Below the pieces are notes generated by a model. That model saw only the letters and a list, made by a program, of their open reading frames with translations, was not told the DNA's origin and did not search any database. 64,000 bases of DNA from Acidobacteriota bacterium (GTDB lineage Bacteria; Acidobacteriota; Terriglobia; 2-12-FULL-54-10): NCBI GenBank assembly GCA_016191085.1, contig JACPPJ010000070.1:6123-70122 (forward strand). Direction: 5' to 3'. Shown piece by piece: positions 9,322-19,665 of this stretch (position 1 is the stretch's first letter; each line of letters opens with the position of its first letter). The position numbers were made by a program, and so were the translations under genes.

Positions 9322-9399
9322 GCGCCTGTAGCTCAGTCTGGATAGAGCGTTGGTCTCCGGAACCAAAGGTCGGAGGTTCGAATCCTCTCAGGCGCGCCA
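9322..9399 (+). tRNA. tRNA-Arg(CCG)
   Basis: GCGCCTG/CAGGCGC acceptor stem, TTGGT-CT CCG GA-ACCAA anticodon arm, GGTTCGAATCC T-arm, encoded CCA. Confidence 0.97.
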
Positions 9400-9502
9400 T
9401 ACATCTCCTTGCAGAACCAAAGAGTTAGAGATGATGGCGAAAAGGTGTGTTGCACCATTATTTGGTGCACCTGTGTAGCTTCTGTGTAGTTTCTCGCATT
9501 GG

Positions 9503-9817
9503 CTAGCTGGTTCTCCCGACCGCCTCTTGCTGGATCGCAATGACGGTCTGTTGTTGCTCCTGTTGCTTTGCTACGGCCTGTAGATACTGCTGGGTCTTGA
9601 GCAAGGCCTCCTGCTGGTCTCGCTCGTCTACGATGTCGTACCGGGTGAAGATGGAGCGGGTACGATGACCCAGAACCATCATGCAAACGTCTTCTGGGAC
9701 ACCGGCCCGGCGCATATCACGCGCCCTGGTTCGCCGCAGATCATGGAACAGTTTCTTGACCCCGGCATTCTTGCAAGCCGTTGCCCAAGCCTTACGGATG
9801 TCTCCAACCGGCGCGCC
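9503..9817 (-). pseudogene. C-terminal fragment of a second tyrosine integrase
   Basis: Reads [40 protein letters not shown]...[12 protein letters not shown]; the N-terminal part is absent. Confidence 0.88.
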
Positions 9818-10157
9818 GGGCGCACTGTGCCCCGGCGACGTTCATTTCACCGACGCGGCTTTCCAGCCCGTATTCGCCCTGTGAAATGGCGTTGGAGTTG
9901 AACGTGTTGGTTTCGATGATATCGGCGCCGGCCTCGAGATATTGCCGGTGTATGTCTTCGATGATGTGAGGCTGAGTAACATTGAGTACGTCGGCGTTGA
10001 GCCGCAACTCTCTCGGATGTTGCGCGAACTCCTTGCCGCGATAATCCGCTTCAGTGAGGTGGAAGGCTTGAATAACGGTGCCCAGCGCGCCGTCGAGGAT
10101 GACAATGCGCCGGTCGAGGGTCTCTTTAAGCCGGGCGACACGTTCCGGGTTGGTCAT
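9808..10157 (-). pseudogene. metH: 5' fragment of methionine synthase (homocysteine-binding domain)
   Basis: ILDGALGTVIQ...IHRQYLEAGADIIETNTFNSN; similarity stops at ARRA, where integrase sequence begins. Confidence 0.88.
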
Positions 10158-10177
10158 GCATTGATGTGTGAACTGCG

Positions 10178-10990
10178 ATGGCCCTCCCACGAATCAGTAT
10201 ACACTGCGGCAGCGATGACGCGATGCGCGACGTTACTAAACTTGCGCTGCAGAGATCGATGTGGAGTAAAATTGCGATTCTTGAAAGTAGAGTAGAGCGG
10301 ATGATCCAAATCGAATTCCAAGCGGGGATGCTGCAAATCCGGTCCATTGGGTTCTTCGGCCATTTTACAAGCTCGCGAGCCGGGAACTTAATTTTGGGCT
10401 GGGGACGCATTTTCCAAACCGCCAGTGGTCGTGTGGTCATGCTTCGCGCGGGACAACAGATTTCGTGGCGAATCGTGCCACGGCTTGGTCGGTTGACGGC
10501 TGACACTTCAGGGCAGACAGTGCCTTTGTCCTCCGACATTGAGGCAGGACAGCCAAATAATAGAGTCGTGAGAATCTGCGAGGGCGAGTTGCTTTGGCAG
10601 GCTGAAATCGAAAGACCACGAGACGGAAGCGTTGCGGACACGGGGCATGCCGTCATTAGTGACTGGGGTTCGCCCGGCGGATGCAAAGGGGGATTTTATG
10701 TGTTCGCTCCGGATGGCACCGTATTGATAAACCAAAAGATGCGGGCCAACATGGGCATTACGGGAATTGCAGACGATGGAACACTTGCTTGGTGCACTAC
10801 TATTTACTCTAGTCAACAAAAATATGACGATAGGTTAATTGTCTTTTCGCTTTCTCCGCCAAAAGCGATTCTGAATGCGGCAAACCCTGCCTCGCAGTCG
10901 AAGATAATTCATGTGCAAAAGGTCGATAAGACGATCGAGGTGTCGACAATCGGAGAACGATACCTCTACGACGTAAGCGGGAGATTGTGA
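10178..10990 (+). CDS. Hypothetical beta-rich (propeller-like) protein; start uncertain, possibly 10301
   Basis: 270-aa ORF with ADTG/APDG/ADDG turn repeats. Confidence 0.55.
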   Translation: MALPRISIHCGSDDAMRDVTKLALQRSMWSKIAILESRVERMIQIEFQAGMLQIRSIGFFGHFTSSRAGNLILGWGRIFQTASGRVVMLRAGQQISWRIVPRLGRLTADTSGQTVPLSSDIEAGQPNNRVVRICEGELLWQAEIERPRDGSVADTGHAVISDWGSPGGCKGGFYVFAPDGTVLINQKMRANMGITGIADDGTLAWCTTIYSSQQKYDDRLIVFSLSPPKAILNAANPASQSKIIHVQKVDKTIEVSTIGERYLYDVSGRL

Positions 10991-11039
10991 GTGTGGTGTA
11001 CGATGTTAGCGGTTGCATCTTCGGAGCGAGGAGCTAGCG

Positions 11040-11501
11040 ATGAGGAATTACGTGCTCGGTGTCATTTTGCTTTTCGCGATTGGAGCGCACCCGCTTTGGG
11101 CGCAAGAAGGTGTTGGAATCCGTGGAGGCGTTAGCATCGATCCTGACCAGTTTTATTTTGGCGGCCATGTCGGAGTGGGACCACTGGTCGAACGGCTTTG
11201 GTTCCGCCCCAACGTGGAGATCGGGATCGGAGATAACCGGACCCTGGTGGGGCTGAACGGCGAATTCACTTACTGGTTTCCGCTGCCGCGTTCCGAGTGG
11301 CAGGTCTATGTGGGTGCAGGCCCCGCGCTGAACATCATTCGCTTTGCCGATGATCGCAGGGGCCGTGACGACACGGACGCCGAGGGTGGCTTCAATATTC
11401 TTTTGGGGCTGGCGCACCGGCAAGGATTTTTCGCCGAGTTCAAGGTGGGCGCGTTGCACAGCCCCGAGGTGAAGTTTGGCGTCGGTTACACGTTCCGCTA
11501 G
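11040..11501 (+). CDS. Outer membrane beta-barrel protein
   Basis: Signal peptide, alternating beta strands, C-terminal VGYTF; GAGGAG RBS. Confidence 0.8.
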   Translation: MRNYVLGVILLFAIGAHPLWAQEGVGIRGGVSIDPDQFYFGGHVGVGPLVERLWFRPNVEIGIGDNRTLVGLNGEFTYWFPLPRSEWQVYVGAGPALNIIRFADDRRGRDDTDAEGGFNILLGLAHRQGFFAEFKVGALHSPEVKFGVGYTFR

Positions 11502-11561
11502 AATCTTGGCCGAGCGACTCTAACGGGTCGCACTCTACGGTTTCCCACATCGGGCAGTTGC

Positions 11562-12395
11562 TCAGAGGAATTCCACTTTCGGTTGAACGGGGATGAAGCC
11601 CTTTTCGTATCCTAGTTGCAGGAACTTTTCGATTGCTTCGCGTCCATTGTCGCCGTAATCGAGCGTGTAGTCGTTGACATACATTCCAACGAAACGGTCG
11701 GCGAGTTCTGGGTCCATGTCTCGGGCAAACTGCAGCGCGTAAGATAGGGCTTGGGGGCGGTGATCCATGGCGTATTTCACGCTGCGGCGGAGTGCATCAC
11801 TAATTTCGTTTGCAAGGTCGCCGCGCAAGTTCTTGCGGATGGCGTTGCCTCCTAGCGGGAGCGGCAGGTCGTAAAGGTCCTTCCACCAGCGACCGAGATC
11901 GACGACACGGTAAAAGCCGTCGCGGCCAAAGGTGAGCTGGCCCTCATGAATCAACAATCCCGCGTCCACTTTCCGGTCTTTCACCGCCTGACTGATTTCG
12001 TCAAATCGTGTAATCACGGGGACGAACTCCGGCTGGTACAGCTTCATGGTTAGATAAGCGGAAGTCATCGTGCCGGGGATAGCGATCCGCTTCCCGCGCA
12101 ACTGATCCGGCGTAAGATTCTGGTTGCTGACGACGATCGGGCCATATCCGTCGCCCATGCTGCCTCCGCACGGCATCAGCGCGTAATGCTCGGTGATGTA
12201 CGGCAGAGCAGCAAAGGAAATGGCAGTGACGTCCCAGATGCCGTCTTTGGCCTCACGGTTTAGTGTCTCGATATCGTTGAGGTGGTGCCTGTAGGCGAGA
12301 TTCGGCGATTCCGCCTTGTTTGTCGCCAGGGCATAGAACATGAATGCGTCATCGGAGTCCGGACTGTGAGCGATTGTGATTTCCCGTTTGGCCAT
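11562..12395 (-). CDS. mqnD: MqnA/MqnD family menaquinone (futalosine pathway) protein
   Basis: AHSPDSDDAFMFY, GDGYGP, IHEGQ and LPLPLG motifs. Confidence 0.88.
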   Translation of the reverse strand: MAKREITIAHSPDSDDAFMFYALATNKAESPNLAYRHHLNDIETLNREAKDGIWDVTAISFAALPYITEHYALMPCGGSMGDGYGPIVVSNQNLTPDQLRGKRIAIPGTMTSAYLTMKLYQPEFVPVITRFDEISQAVKDRKVDAGLLIHEGQLTFGRDGFYRVVDLGRWWKDLYDLPLPLGGNAIRKNLRGDLANEISDALRRSVKYAMDHRPQALSYALQFARDMDPELADRFVGMYVNDYTLDYGDNGREAIEKFLQLGYEKGFIPVQPKVEFL

Positions 12396-12420
12396 TCTGC
12401 GTACCGAATGTTTTCCTTCC

Positions 12421-14091
12421 TTATTTATGCAGCAAGAAGTTGCCGATGATCATGTCGTCGATGCCCGAGCAGTAGAAGCTGCGGACTGCGTCGCGCGGCG
12501 AGCAGACCAGCGGTTCCCCGAAGAGGTTAAAAGAGGTGTTGAACAGCACAGGAATGCCGCATTTCCGGTCGAATGCACTGAGCAGTTCCCAGAAGAGCGG
12601 GTTTGTGTTGCGGCTGACCGTGTGGACCCGGATGCGCGAGGCGGGCTCGGCGCCACCGCCACTCTCTGATGGGCGATTGGCGAGCACGTTCGACGCGAAC
12701 GCTTTCAGGTGCTCAGGCTTTACCCGGCCAACAGTGGCGAGGAAACGCGCCATAGGCCCGAACTCGAAAAATTCGGCTGCACGCTCCTCGACGACTGAAG
12801 CGGCAAAAGGCCGGAACTTCTCCCGATGTTTTACATACTGGTTCAGGTTCTCGTTGACGTAAGGTCCCAACGGGGAGGCGAGAATGCTGCGCGAGCCCAA
12901 CGCTCGCGGCCCAAACTCTGCGCGTCCCTGGAACCAGCCCAGGATGCGATTCTGTTCCAGAATTTCTACGGCAGCCTTCACGACCTCATCGCGGCTGCGG
13001 AGATACCGGAAACGAAGCTTGCAATTTTCCAATACGTCTTTGATTTCGCCGACGGAGTATTCCGGGCCGTAGTAGAGATGTTCCAGACGGGAGCGTCGCG
13101 GCAGGCCCAGCATCGTGTGAGCGCAGTAAAGCGCCGCCCCCAGCGCGTTACCGGCGTTGCCGGCGGCGGGTTGCACAAAAATTCCAGCGAACAATCCACT
13201 GCTCTCCAGTTTCTCCACCATCAGTGAGTTCAGCGCCAGCCCACCCGCCAGACAGAGATTCTCGACATCGCCGCGCGCAGATAAACGGCAGCAGATCTCC
13301 TCCACCTTTTCTTCCATGACCTGCTGGATGCTGGCTGCCAGATCGGCTTGTACCTCATCGCTGAGCCGTTGCGTGGGATCAATACCGGCGGCCTGGAAGA
13401 ACTTCTCAGCGAAACCGCCGCGGCCATTCCGGCGTGCGTGGAAATAAGTCTGGTCAAGGTCAAGCAAGGAATCCCGTTCGCGCCTTACGATCTGGCGAAA
13501 TACGCCGGCGTAAGCCGGCTTGCCCCACGTGCTGAGCCATTGCAGCTTGTGCTCGTCTCCGACACCGGCAAAGCCCACCAGCCGCGCCACGCTGCTGAAG
13601 ATATGGCCCAGCGAATCGGGGAAGTATGAGTCTTCGAGTGGTTCCAGCATCGATCCGCGCGCAATCGACAGACTGCCCGTTTTCATGTCGCCGTTTTCAT
13701 CGAGGGTCAGAACTCCAGCCTCTTCGAATGGGGAAGGAAAGTAAGCGGCGGCGGCGTGACAGAGATGATGGTCTAGCACCACGACTCTCGCGGACGGGAA
13801 CTCCTCCTTGAGATGTTTGGGAATCCATGATTCGCCCGGTTCGCGCTCATCGGGTCCTTGATACAGCGGACGAGCCAGAGCAATGTGATCAATCTGATCC
13901 GGGTTGACGTTGGATGCTTGCAGACAATACTGGATCGCCTGAACGGGCAAGCCGCGCATTCGCCGGATGCGAACGAGTTTTTCCTCCTCGACAGCAGCAG
14001 TCAACTCGCCGCCCTTCAAGATAGCGGCCGCAGCATCGTGATTGCCGCCGGAGATCCCCAAAATGGTCGGGTTTCGATCCTCTTGCGCCAT
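12421..14091 (-). CDS. Carbamoyltransferase, NodU/CmcH/TobZ family (divergent)
   Basis: HDAAAA, HHLCH, EFGPRALGSRS, KHREKFRPFA and NTSFN motifs. Confidence 0.9.
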   Translation of the reverse strand: MAQEDRNPTILGISGGNHDAAAAILKGGELTAAVEEEKLVRIRRMRGLPVQAIQYCLQASNVNPDQIDHIALARPLYQGPDEREPGESWIPKHLKEEFPSARVVVLDHHLCHAAAAYFPSPFEEAGVLTLDENGDMKTGSLSIARGSMLEPLEDSYFPDSLGHIFSSVARLVGFAGVGDEHKLQWLSTWGKPAYAGVFRQIVRRERDSLLDLDQTYFHARRNGRGGFAEKFFQAAGIDPTQRLSDEVQADLAASIQQVMEEKVEEICCRLSARGDVENLCLAGGLALNSLMVEKLESSGLFAGIFVQPAAGNAGNALGAALYCAHTMLGLPRRSRLEHLYYGPEYSVGEIKDVLENCKLRFRYLRSRDEVVKAAVEILEQNRILGWFQGRAEFGPRALGSRSILASPLGPYVNENLNQYVKHREKFRPFAASVVEERAAEFFEFGPMARFLATVGRVKPEHLKAFASNVLANRPSESGGGAEPASRIRVHTVSRNTNPLFWELLSAFDRKCGIPVLFNTSFNLFGEPLVCSPRDAVRSFYCSGIDDMIIGNFLLHK

Positions 14092-14231
14092 GTGTTACCC
14101 GCAGTGACGTGTGAGAACTCAGACAAACAGACAGGCTCACCATCTCAACAGCAGTTCAACATCGTATCACGGTAGCAGCAGCGGGGATAGTGACGCGCAA
14201 CTCTATAGGCGTTTGGTGAGACGCCGTTGTT

Positions 14232-14873
14232 TTAGGAGGCAGTAGACACGAGCGAGCGAGCCTGTCCGGCGGCTCGTCTGCGCCGCTCTTGCAGGCGCAC
14301 CGTGACGCGGTAGGCCAACAGCAGGAACACCATAGAGCCATACATTACCGGTTTTCGCACGTCGGATTTCACCAACCAGTAATAATGAACAACGCCGGCG
14401 ACGGCGGTCAGATAAATTAGCCGGTGCAGTGCCTGCCATCGCTTGCCGCCCAGCCGCCGAACCCATCCGGCGGTTGAAGTGACGGCGAGAGGAATCATCA
14501 ACAGAAACCCAGTGAAACCCACCGTGATGTAGCGGCGCTTGGCAACGTCTGCCACCATTTCCGGCCAATCGAAAAACTTATCGAGCCCGATCCATGTGCC
14601 GAAATGTAGGAAAGAATAAAAGAAGGCGAACAATCCGACCATGCGGCGGAACCGGATCAGGTCAGGGAATCCGAGCAGCTTGCGTGCCGGAGTGATCGCC
14701 AGCGTCAGAACGAGAAAAATGAGGATCCAGTCACCCGTCTCATGCGTGATGAACTCGATGGGATTTGGGCCCAGCCCACCATGGAAGGCTTTCCACCCCA
14801 ATCGTGCGGCGGGCACCAGGCAGAGCATGAAAACAACCGCCTTCGTCCATTTGCTCGTGAGTAACGATCTCAT
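14232..14873 (-). CDS. msrQ: Methionine sulfoxide reductase heme-binding subunit
   Basis: LAITP, RRMVGLFAFFY..LH and WQALHRLIY; downstream of msrP. Confidence 0.95.
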   Translation of the reverse strand: MRSLLTSKWTKAVVFMLCLVPAARLGWKAFHGGLGPNPIEFITHETGDWILIFLVLTLAITPARKLLGFPDLIRFRRMVGLFAFFYSFLHFGTWIGLDKFFDWPEMVADVAKRRYITVGFTGFLLMIPLAVTSTAGWVRRLGGKRWQALHRLIYLTAVAGVVHYYWLVKSDVRKPVMYGSMVFLLLAYRVTVRLQERRRRAAGQARSLVSTAS

Positions 14874-14887
14874 ATCACCGCGAATTG

Positions 14888-15850
14888 TTAGAAGTATTTC
14901 CGCAAATCCATTCCCGAGTAAAGGTTCTCGACCTGATCGGCGTAGCCGTTGAATGGCAGGGTGGGGCGTTTGAGAAATTCGCCCAATCGCCGCTCTTTGG
15001 CTTGGCTCCAGCGCGGATGGTCCACCTTGGGGTTTACGTTGGAATAGAACCCGTACTCATTCGGCGCCGCCATGTTCCACGTGGTGCGAGGCTGCTTTTC
15101 CACCAACGTGATTTTCACGATTGACTTGATGCTCTTGAACCCATATTTCCACGGCACGATTAGCCGGACAGGAGCGCCATCCTGCGGCGGAAGGGTTTCT
15201 CCGTACATGCCCACACAAACCAGCGTCAGCGGATGCATGGCCTCGTCCAGACGCAGCCCCTCGCGATACGGAAACTCGATGCCCGTCCCCCGCGCCTTGG
15301 GCATCTGCTTGGGATCGTAGAAAGTCTCGAACGCGACGAATTTCGCTTTCGGAGTGGGTTCCACTTTCTGTAGCAAAGCGCTCAGCGGAAAACCGATCCA
15401 GGGCACCACGATGGACCATGCCTCAACGCACCGGAGCCGGTAGATTCGCTCTTCCAGCGGAGCCATTTTTAGGATGGCGTCCATATCGAACTTCTGAGGC
15501 TTGGTCACATTGCCTTCTACGGACACGGTCCAGGGAGACGTCCTGAAATTCTTAGCGTTCACGGCCGGATCGTCTTTATCCGACCCGAACTCGTAGAAAT
15601 TGTTGTATTGCGTTACGTCGTTATAGGGGGTCCGCGGTTCATTCGTACTCAGCGGGCTTTTACTATAGCCGCTCAGCTTTGTCCCCGCCAGCGCTGTAGT
15701 TCGCGGCGAAATCACGTCGAGCACCACGCGGCCGCCGAGCATTGCCGCTCCCACGCCCGCAGCACCGGCAAGAAACTTGCGCCGATCAACGTAGATGCTC
15801 TTCGGAGTGATATCCGAATACTTTAAATCAGCCGGTTTCTTGATGAGCAT
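14888..15850 (-). CDS. msrP: Methionine sulfoxide reductase catalytic molybdoenzyme
   Basis: Tat [32 protein letters not shown] and HPRWSQA. Confidence 0.97.
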   Translation of the reverse strand: MLIKKPADLKYSDITPKSIYVDRRKFLAGAAGVGAAMLGGRVVLDVISPRTTALAGTKLSGYSKSPLSTNEPRTPYNDVTQYNNFYEFGSDKDDPAVNAKNFRTSPWTVSVEGNVTKPQKFDMDAILKMAPLEERIYRLRCVEAWSIVVPWIGFPLSALLQKVEPTPKAKFVAFETFYDPKQMPKARGTGIEFPYREGLRLDEAMHPLTLVCVGMYGETLPPQDGAPVRLIVPWKYGFKSIKSIVKITLVEKQPRTTWNMAAPNEYGFYSNVNPKVDHPRWSQAKERRLGEFLKRPTLPFNGYADQVENLYSGMDLRKYF

Positions 15851-16292
15851 GGTTACCCCTCAAAGCGTCAGATTGCAGCCGGCGTTGAGTTGAGCGCCAA
15901 CCGAATTCAGATAAATTTGGAGAAGGACCGCCAGCCGCCCGCCATGTACATGTAGCCATGTACATGTAAATGATACCTCTTTTCTTAGACGATGGAGTAG
16001 GTACGTCTCACGCATTGAATGCTGGGCGATCTATCATGCCCACATGAATGCCCGGTTTGATGGCGAACTGTGGTGTATCAGGGATTTAGAGTGCCAGGAA
16101 GGCAGCGGATTCAAAGAATACGCGGGAGAGGCGCGCACGCGCCCGCTCTGACCAGTGAGGCTCGCAATGCATACGGTGACTGGTCGCTGAAACACGTTTT
16201 ACTATACGGTGGTTTAGTTTATAATTCCTCGATTTTGCAAATTCCCGAAGCGCCGTGGAGCCGCTGCCGGTCCCGGAAGTACGAGGCTCGCA

Positions 16293-17738
16293 ATGGTAGG
16301 ACAATCGGTACAAACAGCACCTCCACCTGTAGTCGAGGCAACGCCGGCGGCCAGTTCTAAACTGAAGCTAGCCGGCCGCGCTTTGGCGGTGCTCATACCT
16401 CTGGGGTTTTGGTTCGTACCGCTGGGGCTTGAGGCGACGGTGCAGCACGCTCTGGCAATCACCACCTTCATGATCCTGGGCTGGATCACCGAGGCTTTCG
16501 ATCATGCCATTACCGGTTTTCTCGGATGTTTCCTCTATTGGTTTCTGGAGGTCGTCAGGTTCCCGGTGGCATTCAGCGGTTTTGCCAACGACACCACCTG
16601 GTTCCTGTTCGGGGCTATGCTGATCGGCATGATGGCCATGAAGACTGGGCTGGCGCGGCGCATCGCCTTCATGATCATGCTTACGGTGGGCAACAGCTAC
16701 GCGCGCATCCTGCTGGGACTGATTATTGTCAATTATGTACTGACGTATTTCGTTCCATCGGCTATCTCGCGACTGGTGATCGTGGCGGCCATTGGCATGG
16801 GGCTGATGGAAATCCTGGGCGTCGGGAAGGGAAGTAACATCGGCCGCGGGATGTTCATGATTCTGACCTACGTTGCTAACATCTTCGACAAGATGATCCT
16901 GGCGGGAGCTTCCGCGCTGACCGCCAAGGGCCTAATGGAGCAAATTGCGCAGATCCAGGTGTCCTGGGGGGGGTGGGCCTACGCCTTTCTGCCCTGCGGC
17001 ATCATCACGATTTTTGTCGCATGGCGGCTGGCGCTATGGCTGTATCCCCCGGAAGTCGAGCAATTGCCCGGGGGGGCATCCTATTTCCGGCAAGAGCTCG
17101 CCAAGATGGGCCGCTGGAGCATCGACGAAAAGAAAGCGGCGCTCCTGCTGGTCGCGGCCCTGGGTCTGTGGCTGACGGACACAAAGCATGAAATGCCCGC
17201 CGCTATGGTGGGCTTGGGCATTGGACTGCTTGCCGTGTTGCCCGGCATCGGAGTGCTGAACGTGGAAGATCTGAAAAAAGTGAATTACCTGCCGGTGTTT
17301 TTTGTGGCTGCGGCCATCAGCATGGGCCAGGTGCTGGTCGCTACCAAATCACTGGATGTGCTGACGAACGCCATGTTCAACTGGATGTCGCCGCTGATCA
17401 CAGGTACCTTCAGTGCCGCTATCGTCCTTTACTGGACCGCATTCGCATACCATTTGTTCCTGGCCAGCGAAATATCCATGCTGGGCACCTCCACGCCGAT
17501 GATCATGCAGTTTGCGCTCTCGCACAACATGAGCCCGCTCATCCTGGGAATGCTGTGGGTTTTCGGGGCCGGTGCGAAAATCTTTATTTACCAGTCCGGC
17601 GTCATGGTGGTGGGATATTCCTATGGATATTTTGGCACCAAGGACATGTTCAAAGTGGGCCTCTGGCTCACCATCATTGAATTTTTTATCCTGCTCGGCC
17701 TGGTAGCTGTTTATTGGCCGATGATCGGCTTACGTTAA
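16293..17738 (+). CDS. SLC13/DASS family anion transporter
   Basis: Multi-TM; FSGFAN..WFLFGA and KTGLARRIA. Confidence 0.85.
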   Translation: MVGQSVQTAPPPVVEATPAASSKLKLAGRALAVLIPLGFWFVPLGLEATVQHALAITTFMILGWITEAFDHAITGFLGCFLYWFLEVVRFPVAFSGFANDTTWFLFGAMLIGMMAMKTGLARRIAFMIMLTVGNSYARILLGLIIVNYVLTYFVPSAISRLVIVAAIGMGLMEILGVGKGSNIGRGMFMILTYVANIFDKMILAGASALTAKGLMEQIAQIQVSWGGWAYAFLPCGIITIFVAWRLALWLYPPEVEQLPGGASYFRQELAKMGRWSIDEKKAALLLVAALGLWLTDTKHEMPAAMVGLGIGLLAVLPGIGVLNVEDLKKVNYLPVFFVAAAISMGQVLVATKSLDVLTNAMFNWMSPLITGTFSAAIVLYWTAFAYHLFLASEISMLGTSTPMIMQFALSHNMSPLILGMLWVFGAGAKIFIYQSGVMVVGYSYGYFGTKDMFKVGLWLTIIEFFILLGLVAVYWPMIGLR

Positions 17739-17802
17739 GAAGATCGCGTTCGGGAGATAATTAGGCGGCAGAGGGGACAGATACAGCAATGAAAGGTTGG
17801 GC

Positions 17803-19290
17803 ATGAGCACTACTGTTGCACCGTCTGATAAGCCGGGGTTGGCGGAGTTGTCGCTTAGCAGCTTCATTCAAATGATGGAAAAGAATTTTCCGAATGAAGT
17901 CATCCGCGTCAGCCGACCCGTGGAACCGGCGAAATTCGAGGTTTCCGCGATTCTCAAACATCTTGAGAACCGCGGGAAATTCCCGCTGCTGGTATTTGAA
18001 AATCCGACAGACGTTGAAGGCCGCAACGCGTCCATGCCTCTGTTGAGCAACATCTACGCCAGCCGGGAGCGCTGCGCCGTCGCAATGGGCTTGAAACCGG
18101 AACAGGCGGGAATGGAGCTGAGTCTTGAGTATGCGCGGCGGCTGGAGAACCCCATCACGCCGATACGTATTTCGCGGGCCGAAGCGCCTATTAAGGAAGT
18201 GGTCGAGCGCGGCGAGCAGTGCGATCTGAGCAAGTATCCCATCGTTCGCCATCATGAGATGGACCCCGCACCCTACATTGACATGACGCCAGTCATGCGA
18301 CATCCCGACGAGGGTTTTTACAATGTGGCGTTCCTGCGCAACATGTATAAAGGGCCGCGCAAGCTAGGAATCCACATGAGCCCCCGTCACAATTGGCAAC
18401 TGAACCGCATCTATGAATCTCGCAAGCAGCCAACGCCCGTCGTGGTTGTGGTCAGCCATCATCCGGCGTTTTACCTGGGCGCTCTAAACGTTGAGGCATT
18501 TGGGAAAGATGATTACTCCATCATCGGGGGGATCGCCGGCCGTGCGCTGCGAGTGGTGGAGTCGGAGACCTGGGGCGACAAGTTCATGGTTCCGGCCGAC
18601 GCAGATATGGTCGTCGAAGGCGAAATCTATCCCGGCGAAAAAGAGGTGGAAGCTCCGTTTGGCGAGTTTACAGGTTACTACGGCCCGCAGAGGCTTCGCC
18701 CGGTGATCCACGTGACAGCGATTTCACACCGCCGCCAGGCTCATTTCCAACACATCTTTGTCGGTCACCGCGACAACTGGTTCTTGGGCGGTATTCCCAA
18801 GGAGGGATCGCTTTACAACGTCATCAAAGGTGTGGTGCCGACGCTGAAGGCGGTGCATTTCGCGCCTTCGGGCAGTTGCCGGTTTAACTGCTACATCTCT
18901 ATAGACAAGAAAGTTCCGGGAGAGAGCAAGCAAGCGGCGCTGGCCGCGTTCGGCACGATTGATTTCATCAAGAACATCGTCGTTGTGGACGCCGACATTG
19001 ACCCGTTTAACGAGCAGGAGGTAATGTTCGCGGTCGCCACGCGCACGCAGGCCCGCGAGTCGGTGGACATCATCAAGAACGTGAAGGGGAATACGTTAGA
19101 CCCGTCGCAGACGGACTACATCATGACGGACAAGCTGCTGATCGACGCCACCGTGCCCATCGGCAGGCCCTTCGCCGCGCGCATCCGCGTGCCTGCGCAG
19201 GCACTCCAGAAGTATGTTTTGGACGATTACATTGACGCCCGAAAACTGGAGGCATTACCGACGTTTCTCGATTCGCGCCGCAGCGTTTAG
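17803..19290 (+). CDS. UbiD family (prFMN) decarboxylase
   Basis: VPADADMVVEG, EAPFGEFTGYY, VVVDADIDPFN..EVMFAVATR and LDPS. Confidence 0.93.
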   Translation: MSTTVAPSDKPGLAELSLSSFIQMMEKNFPNEVIRVSRPVEPAKFEVSAILKHLENRGKFPLLVFENPTDVEGRNASMPLLSNIYASRERCAVAMGLKPEQAGMELSLEYARRLENPITPIRISRAEAPIKEVVERGEQCDLSKYPIVRHHEMDPAPYIDMTPVMRHPDEGFYNVAFLRNMYKGPRKLGIHMSPRHNWQLNRIYESRKQPTPVVVVVSHHPAFYLGALNVEAFGKDDYSIIGGIAGRALRVVESETWGDKFMVPADADMVVEGEIYPGEKEVEAPFGEFTGYYGPQRLRPVIHVTAISHRRQAHFQHIFVGHRDNWFLGGIPKEGSLYNVIKGVVPTLKAVHFAPSGSCRFNCYISIDKKVPGESKQAALAAFGTIDFIKNIVVVDADIDPFNEQEVMFAVATRTQARESVDIIKNVKGNTLDPSQTDYIMTDKLLIDATVPIGRPFAARIRVPAQALQKYVLDDYIDARKLEALPTFLDSRRSV

Positions 19291-19348
19291 GAAATATTTG
19301 GCGCGCGGAAGCAGGCGGTTTCCCGTAATCACTCGCGGAGATATACCA

Positions 19349-19498
19349 ATGGTCAGGATTTTTTGGGCGACGTGCCCGGAGTGCAAAGGACGTTTTCAGT
19401 GCCACTGGGAGGAATTACGCCATAAGGGTATACCCCTCCTGTGTCCCTATTGCGGCAAGAAGTTTCTGGACGAAGAAAGTCCTGCAATCGAAGAGTAA
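19349..19498 (+). CDS. Small Zn-ribbon protein (49 aa)
   Basis: MVRIFWATCPEC...CPYCGKKF with a GGAG RBS, directly after the UbiD gene. Confidence 0.75.
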   Translation: MVRIFWATCPECKGRFQCHWEELRHKGIPLLCPYCGKKFLDEESPAIEE

Positions 19499-19665
19499 AA
19501 GCAGCAGGGACCGGCGCTCTGAATTTAATGCTTGGAAGGCGGAGTTCTTATACCCGCCTACTTCCAGAAAGGTTCTTCAAATGAAAATCCTCCCATTGAG
19601 GACTGATCGCAGCCGCCCTGCTGCGTGTTTCGCCATCTCCGAAAGCTTGGAGTGTTTTCCAGGAT

